Shown here piece by piece: positions 58,068-64,000 of a DNA stretch of 64,000 nt. This stretch comes from an uncultured delta proteobacterium. Lineage in GTDB: Bacteria > Desulfobacterota > Binatia > Binatales > Binataceae. How positions within the stretch are numbered: the stretch's first letter is position 1; the number at the start of each line of letters is the position of its first letter. Where the stretch lies: the NCBI GenBank assembly GCA_963724765.1, contig CAVRVY010000004.1, positions 672,001-736,000 of the forward strand, in the 5' to 3' direction. A program made the translations under genes and the position numbers. A model generated the notes under the pieces. The model saw nothing but the letters and a program-made list of their open reading frames with translations, had not been told where the DNA came from and ran no database searches.

Positions 58068-59429
58068 CTATTCTTCGGCCGATGCGCCATCCGTTTGCGG
58101 CTCTTGTCGAAAATTCTTCGCGCTGGCCCACGCCTCTTCCTTCGCCGCGACTTCCAGCGGGAGTCCGCGCGTCTCGTCAACGAAAGTTCCGAAAATGGCG
58201 GCGCTGGGGACGCCGATCAGCGCCAGGCAGCGGATCACATTGGTAAGGCCGCCGAGCGGCCCGATTAATGTTGCGATCATGACCTGCGCCAGCATCGAGA
58301 ATGCGGCGGCGGTGATCCCCTGCCATCCGATCATCGTGGTGCGCAGCCCGGCTGGGAACAATTCGGTCGCGGCCGAGTTCGCCCCGACGGTCAACACTCC
58401 GGAGGCGATTTTGAACCAGCAATAGGCGGCAAGGAGGAAGGTTAAAGGCCAGGTCACGCCGTTGGGCGGGCCCCAGTAGAAGGCAAATGCTCCGAACCAG
58501 GCGGCGCCGCCCACGTACGTCACCGTCGGCACGCGGCCGAACCGGTCTGAGGTCCATGCGCCTATCGGAAACCCGAGCATCCCGAGGACCATGCCGGCGA
58601 CGATCACGGAACTCGCCTTTTGCGGCGAAAGTCCGATTATCGAAACCGCATCAAAATAGAGCCAGCCGTTGACTGCGCTACCGGCAATCGTGTCGAGCGC
58701 GGCGCACACCAGCAACGCGATCGCGCGCCGCCGGTAGAGCGGATGAAAGATGTCGTAAAAGTGGCTGCCAGAAACGGACCTCGTCGACGCCAGCCGCGCC
58801 CATCGCGAATCGACCGGGAGCATCCGTGCCAGCGGGAACACCAGCCCGATTCCCACAATGCAAGGCGCCAGCAGCCATCGCCACGAATATTCCCACTGCA
58901 GCAGGAACGGAATCACGATATAGCCGAGCACACCGCCAATAGCACTGGCGCAGGCCGCAAACGCCTGTCCGCGCGCCCGCTGCTCGATGGGTAGCTCTTC
59001 GGCAAGCAGGACGATCGCGGACGAAACCGAACCGCCAAGCAAGGCGGAAATCAAAATCTCGAACAGGGCGAATGACCCCGGATGGGGCGCCATGGCGGCT
59101 CCTGCCGCACAAACCGGTGCCAGGACGAGACTGGAGAGAATTATTCGCCGCCTGCCGACCCGATCCGCGAGCCGGGCCAAAATGAGCGCGCCGAACGCCG
59201 AAAGCGACATCCAGGCGAATAGTTCCGCCAGTTTCGCCTGGTCCAGAGCGAAGCTTTTAGCAATCCACGGCGACGCCACGCCCACGACGGAAAGGCTATA
59301 ACCCTGATAGACCAGGAGGATGACGATCGCGGTAATGATCTTAACCGCGCCTGAGGAGCGCCGAGCGTCATGAACGCGCTCGGCATCGGCGCGAATATTT
59401 TGATCTCCAATCCCCGTCGACGCCATCAC
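58068..59429 (-). CDS. MFS transporter
   Basis: LADRVGRR motif A, SDRFGR, ELFPAGLR, ETRGLPLE; about 12 TMs. Confidence 0.92.
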   Translation of the reverse strand: MMASTGIGDQNIRADAERVHDARRSSGAVKIITAIVILLVYQGYSLSVVGVASPWIAKSFALDQAKLAELFAWMSLSAFGALILARLADRVGRRRIILSSLVLAPVCAAGAAMAPHPGSFALFEILISALLGGSVSSAIVLLAEELPIEQRARGQAFAACASAIGGVLGYIVIPFLLQWEYSWRWLLAPCIVGIGLVFPLARMLPVDSRWARLASTRSVSGSHFYDIFHPLYRRRAIALLVCAALDTIAGSAVNGWLYFDAVSIIGLSPQKASSVIVAGMVLGMLGFPIGAWTSDRFGRVPTVTYVGGAAWFGAFAFYWGPPNGVTWPLTFLLAAYCWFKIASGVLTVGANSAATELFPAGLRTTMIGWQGITAAAFSMLAQVMIATLIGPLGGLTNVIRCLALIGVPSAAIFGTFVDETRGLPLEVAAKEEAWASAKNFRQEPQTDGASAEE

Positions 59430-59611
59430 AGCTCTCGCGAGCAGTCTCTCCGGTTACGCGAGAACCATGCCAGTTCCGCGACACCCAGCCGGGAGGCGGT
59501 TGTCGATGGTCGTTTCCGATATCGGTTAGGGCTCGACGTTCTCGTGCGTTCCGGGTGTTGGGAGAGCCAAACCGGAGCTAAGGTTTCGTCACATAACAAG
59601 ACAGAACCCAA

Positions 59612-59627
59612 AGGCATACCCATTGCT
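59612..59627 (+). promoter_or_regulatory. sigma54 -24/-12 promoter (ABC-GT4-debranching operon)
   Basis: AGGCATACCCATTGCT, 59 nt before ATG 59687. Confidence 0.65.
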
Positions 59628-59686
59628 ATTTGAATGAACCGAATCCTGTTCCGAAAATTTTGCCCGAGGCCATACGGTTCAGCTCA

Positions 59687-61582
59687 ATGGATTCGAACGA
59701 AGTCAGCGGTTCTCGTTCGCCGCTTATCAGATTTTTGTCATTCGTCAGGCCGCACCTGGGGCTCGTAATCGGTGCGGCGCTGACCGGGATCGGTAAATTC
59801 ACCCTGCCGCTCGCCTTTCCGCTTGCCTTTAAATACATCATCGACGTTCTGATCGCATCGCAACCGAAGCTGGACGGAATCAATCTGATGATTGACCGCT
59901 GGTGCGCCGGGCTTGCTCACGTGGCACGGATGACGCCGACCGCGGAGCATAAACTGGCGGCGCTGAGTGCCGCGCTGTTGCTGCTCTACGCATTGCAGTC
60001 CATAGCAAGCTACTACCGCAACTACTGGGCGGGTATCGCCGGCAATCGCCTGATCTTCGAATTGCAGTGCAAGCTGTTCGCGCACCTGCAGCGGCTTCCG
60101 CACGCCTTCTTCGATCGCAATCCATCGGGAGCGATCGTTTCGCGAGTGCTGAACGACGTACAACAAGCGCATGAGCTGGTGAACTCGGCTCTCATCGACG
60201 TCTGGATGGACGCGATATCGTTGGGACTGGTGGTGGTGGTCCTGTTCGCGATGGATTGGCGGCTGGCGCTGGTGGCGCTGTGCATCGCGCCGGTCTGGGT
60301 GACCTTCATGCGGTACTTCTCACCCAGGATCAAGGCCGTAAGCCATCGGATGCAGGAGACGATCGAGAACATTTCCGGCGAAGTTCAGGAACGGGTAGCC
60401 GGGGCCACCACCATCAAATCGTTCGGGCGCGAGGAGCACGAGGTGCGCCGCTTCAGGGAACATAGCGGACGTCTGTGTGAGCGCACGATCGATAAGGTCA
60501 AGCTCGCGGCCCGGCAAGAGATGCTCATCCAGTTGCTGACGCGTTGTGCGCCGACGATCGTGGTGTGGATCGGCGCGCTGATGATCATGCGGGGCACGAT
60601 GACGCTCGGAACGATGGTGGCGTTTTTCACCTACCTCGGGTTTCTGTACCTGCCCCTGGAGCGCTTCGCGCAATTTTCGGTGGTGGTGTCATCTTCGCTG
60701 GCGGCGATAGAGCGCATATTTGAATTTCTCGATATCAAGCCCGAAATCACTAACCATCCACTGAGCCGTCCATTTGCGGTTCGCCGCGGCGGCGTGCAAT
60801 TCGATCGCGTAAGCTTCAACTACCCGACACGCAATGGAGCGGCCAGCCGCGGAACGCTTACGGACCTCAACCTTAGCGTGCAGGGAGGTTCCAAGGTGGC
60901 GCTGGTTGGACGTTCGGGCGCCGGCAAAACGACTTTGGCGAGCCTGATTCCACGCTTCTACGACGTTAGCGGCGGGCGCGTGCTGATCGACGGCAAGGAC
61001 GTGCGGCACTATACGCTGAAATCGCTGCGCGAGAGCGTGAGCCTCGTGGCGCAGGACGCTCTTCTGTTTAGCGCGAGCATCCGCGACAACCTGCTCTACG
61101 CGCGCCCGGAGGCGTCCGAGGAAATGCTCTGGCAGGCGCTTGAGCTGGCCAATATGCGCGAGTTCGTGGACGAATTGCCCGTCGGAATCGACACCGTGAT
61201 CGGTGAGCGCGGGGTAAAAATTTCTGGCGGACAACGCCAACGGCTCGCGCTCGCGCGCGCCTTCCTCAAGGACTCCAAGGTTGTAATCCTCGACGAGGCG
61301 ACCTCGGCGATCGACTCGGAATCAGAGAACTTGATTCACGAGGCGATGGAGCGTCTGATGGAAGGGCGAACTGTTTTTCTCATCGCGCATCGCCTGCGCA
61401 GCGCCATAGACGCTGACCTGATAGTTGTGCTCGACCACGGCAACATCGTCGAAACCGGCATCCACTCCGAGTTGCTTAACCGCGGCGGAACCTACGCCCG
61501 CCTGTTCAGGGAGCAGGTCCGCGGTCTTGCCCTGGAGCCGGCGCGTGCCAGTCACGACGTCCGGCCGCCGATGCAGGCATAG
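59687..61582 (+). CDS. ABC exporter, fused permease/ATPase
   Basis: TM domain; GRSGAGKT; ISGGQRQR; ILDEATS; IAHRL. Confidence 0.94.
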   Translation: MDSNEVSGSRSPLIRFLSFVRPHLGLVIGAALTGIGKFTLPLAFPLAFKYIIDVLIASQPKLDGINLMIDRWCAGLAHVARMTPTAEHKLAALSAALLLLYALQSIASYYRNYWAGIAGNRLIFELQCKLFAHLQRLPHAFFDRNPSGAIVSRVLNDVQQAHELVNSALIDVWMDAISLGLVVVVLFAMDWRLALVALCIAPVWVTFMRYFSPRIKAVSHRMQETIENISGEVQERVAGATTIKSFGREEHEVRRFREHSGRLCERTIDKVKLAARQEMLIQLLTRCAPTIVVWIGALMIMRGTMTLGTMVAFFTYLGFLYLPLERFAQFSVVVSSSLAAIERIFEFLDIKPEITNHPLSRPFAVRRGGVQFDRVSFNYPTRNGAASRGTLTDLNLSVQGGSKVALVGRSGAGKTTLASLIPRFYDVSGGRVLIDGKDVRHYTLKSLRESVSLVAQDALLFSASIRDNLLYARPEASEEMLWQALELANMREFVDELPVGIDTVIGERGVKISGGQRQRLALARAFLKDSKVVILDEATSAIDSESENLIHEAMERLMEGRTVFLIAHRLRSAIDADLIVVLDHGNIVETGIHSELLNRGGTYARLFREQVRGLALEPARASHDVRPPMQA

Positions 61583-61666
61583 GCCATTCGGCCATACGCT
61601 CGAGAGGAATGGCGCATCAGAATTGGAGCGACACCATCCCGGTCATCGAACATCAGGAGTCTAGCG

Positions 61667-62842
61667 TTGGATCGAATTAATGAAGGCAAGAGCGGGCTCT
61701 CGCACGCCGGGGCTCCGCGACTGCGCATCGCGCAGGTGGCGCCTCTATACGAACGGATTCCGCCGAAGCTTTATGGTGGCACTGAACGGGTGGTGTCCTA
61801 CATAACTGAAGAACTGGTACGCCGCGGACATCAGATTACGCTCTTTGCCTCGGGTGACTCACAGACTGACGCACAACTCGCGCCCGGATGTCCGCAGTCC
61901 CTGAGGTTGGCGGGCAAACCTGAACTCGGCGCCTTCCTTCAGCTTCCGATGCTTAGTGATGTCTACGAGGAAGCCGCAAGCCGCTTCGACCTGATTCACT
62001 CTCATATCGATTACTGGAGCTTCCCGTTCGCCCGGCTGACCAATGTCCCGACGGTCGCGACGATGCACGGTCGGCTGGACATGGAGGAGTTGCACCCGGT
62101 CTATGCGCGATATCGCGGCGTTCCGCTGGTCTCGATCAGCGACGCGCAGCGGCAACCGCTGCCGCTTATGAACTGGGTCGATACCATTTACCACGGCCTC
62201 CCGCGCGACCTGCTGCGCTTCAGCCCCGGTCCGGGAAAGTATCTGGCGTTTCTAGGCAGAATCTCACCCGAGAAACGTCCCGACCTCGCAATCGACGTCG
62301 CCCGGCGGGCGGGTATTCCCTTCAAGCTTGCCGCCAAGGTCGACGTCGTCGACCGCGCTTACTTCGAGACCGTGATCAAGCCGCTTCTGTCACCACCCGA
62401 CGTCGAATACATCGGCGAGATCGGCGAATCCGAAAAGAGCGAATTTCTGGGTAATGCACTCGCCCTCATGTTTACTATCGATTGGCCTGAGCCGTTCGGG
62501 CTCGCCATGATCGAGGCCCTGGCATGTGGGACGCCGGTGATCGCGCGGCCCTGCGGCTCCATCCCCGAGGTTATCCGTTCGGGCGTCACCGGCTTTGTCG
62601 CGGGGAGCGTCGACGAGATGGTCGCCGCGGTGGCCAAAATCGGCACGCTCTCGCGGGAGGAATGCCGCCGGGAATTCGAGAATCGGTTCACCGCGGAAAT
62701 CATGGTTGATCGTTACGAGCAGGTTTATCGCCAGCTGATCGAAGGGGGTCAACGTAAGCAGGTTTTTGGAAAGCCGAAAGAGACTTACCATCAGGCCGGA
62801 ATAGCCAGCTCGATCGGTAAGGCTTCCGAATCCGGCTTGTGA
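61667..62842 (+). CDS. Glycosyltransferase family 4
   Basis: RIAQVAPLYE.IPP..YGGTERVV; FLGRISPEK; WPEPFGLAMIEALACGTPV. Confidence 0.93.
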   Translation: MDRINEGKSGLSHAGAPRLRIAQVAPLYERIPPKLYGGTERVVSYITEELVRRGHQITLFASGDSQTDAQLAPGCPQSLRLAGKPELGAFLQLPMLSDVYEEAASRFDLIHSHIDYWSFPFARLTNVPTVATMHGRLDMEELHPVYARYRGVPLVSISDAQRQPLPLMNWVDTIYHGLPRDLLRFSPGPGKYLAFLGRISPEKRPDLAIDVARRAGIPFKLAAKVDVVDRAYFETVIKPLLSPPDVEYIGEIGESEKSEFLGNALALMFTIDWPEPFGLAMIEALACGTPVIARPCGSIPEVIRSGVTGFVAGSVDEMVAAVAKIGTLSREECRREFENRFTAEIMVDRYEQVYRQLIEGGQRKQVFGKPKETYHQAGIASSIGKASESGL

Positions 62843-64000
62843 AACGCCGAAGCGTTAACGCCGCTGGCGCGAACGGGCAGGACCGCGTCGCGGACGGCGA
62901 GCGTGGGGCGCGCAACGTAGTAAAAGTCGGTTCCGACTTTTACGTTCTCGCCTCCGCGCTCGCGTCACGCCGCGCCTCACGGGTACTGGCCAATGGCCAG
63001 AGCTTTGCGGTTTTCGACGTCGGCGGCGATATTCTCGACTACCCACTCGAAGCGCTGGGCTTTTTCTATCGCGACACGCGCTACCTGAGCCATTTCGAGC
63101 TCAGGATCCATGGGAGCACTCCGTATTTCCTGAATTCCTACTTGAGCGATGACAAGGCGCAACTTCGGGTCAACCTCACCAATCCGGATCTGAACGCGGA
63201 TGGCCGCGCGATCAAGTTGCCGCGCGATCAAATCCAAATGGAGCGGAGTTGGGTCTTGGCTGACGCGACCCTAGTCCATCGACTTCGGGTCCGCAACTAT
63301 GCCGAGACTCCGCTCCAGATCCCGCTCGAGTTTTTTCTTGGTGCGGATTTCGCCGACATTTTCGAGGTGCGCGGGATCGAGCGCAAACGTCACGGTAGCT
63401 ATCTGCGCCCCGAAGTCGGAAAAGGCAAGGTCAGGTTTTCTTACGCGGGGCTGGACGGCGTGAGGCGCTTCACCGAGGTTGCGTTCGACACGATGCCGCG
63501 GACGCTAAGCGGAGAACGGGCCCTCTTCCTGTTGAATCTCGCCCGGGACGAAACCGCCGGACTTGAGGTTCGCATCACGAGTGGCAGCGAACGCGAGGCG
63601 TCGCACATACGTTCCCCCAAGCCGGCCGGTTTCGACAGCGCACTGGCTGCGCGACGGTCGGAAATCGAGGAATCTCAGACCGGATGGGCCAGGCTTTCGG
63701 CGAGCAACACGCTCTTCGATTCGCTGCTGACTCGCTCGCAGGCGGACCTGACCTCGCTCATTTCGCATACTATCGACGGCACCTTCATAATGGCCGGGAT
63801 ACCATGGTTCGCGACACTCTTCGGGCGCGACAGCATTATAACCACGCTCGCCGTGTTGCCCTTCAATCCGGATGTCGCTGCGCTAACGCTCCGAATGCTG
63901 GCGGGAATGCAAGGATCGCAGATCAACAAGGCCCGCGAGGAGCAGCCAGGCAAGATCGTGCACGAGATCCGTGCTGGCGAGATGGCGGCTACCGGCGAAA
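62839..64000 (+). CDS. Amylo-alpha-1,6-glucosidase/glycogen debranching enzyme (runs off window)
   Basis: GTGA overlap with GT4; FAVFD..GDI, RDTRYLS, ADFADIFEVRG, AGIPWFATLFGRDS, EEQPGKIVHE. Confidence 0.92.
   Translation, partial: MKRRSVNAAGANGQDRVADGERGARNVVKVGSDFYVLASALASRRASRVLANGQSFAVFDVGGDILDYPLEALGFFYRDTRYLSHFELRIHGSTPYFLNSYLSDDKAQLRVNLTNPDLNADGRAIKLPRDQIQMERSWVLADATLVHRLRVRNYAETPLQIPLEFFLGADFADIFEVRGIERKRHGSYLRPEVGKGKVRFSYAGLDGVRRFTEVAFDTMPRTLSGERALFLLNLARDETAGLEVRITSGSEREASHIRSPKPAGFDSALAARRSEIEESQTGWARLSASNTLFDSLLTRSQADLTSLISHTIDGTFIMAGIPWFATLFGRDSIITTLAVLPFNPDVAALTLRMLAGMQGSQINKAREEQPGKIVHEIRAGEMAATGE

Overview
Bacterial, GC-rich (roughly 60-65% by eye) accessory region with no rRNA, tRNA or CRISPR array. 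The gene families and small-protein content suggest a soil or sediment lineage, possibly Candidatus Binatota; this is inference only. (1) 1-20.5 kb: a hypoxia/dormancy-type island with PDH E1beta-E2-ACP, DUF2267, CHAD, a long pyruvate kinase, HPF-CSD, Hsp20-CBS-GYD-BON-Prs-DksA, two c-type cytochromes and two broken P-type ATPases. It also holds many tiny gene relics and ends at an IS3 remnant. (2) 21-64 kb: a desiccation/general-stress island with treY-treZ, CsbD, DUF748, DUF6496, DUF3309, Thivi_2564-like and several small lipoproteins, RlpA and an ABC-GT4-amylo-1,6-glucosidase operon. It is interleaved with a dense signalling set: a poly-HAMP hybrid kinase, a REC-PAS-HK-REC, a sigma54 activator, a PAS kinase, a CheB-CheR-PAS-HK fusion and single-domain receivers. 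The most striking hidden structure is about 13 correctly oriented, intergenic sigma54 -24/-12 promoters ahead of classic general-stress genes and of the sensor and activator themselves. This suggests a self-contained sigma54-driven stress regulon, with a candidate sRNA and a recurring 3' large-loop hairpin.
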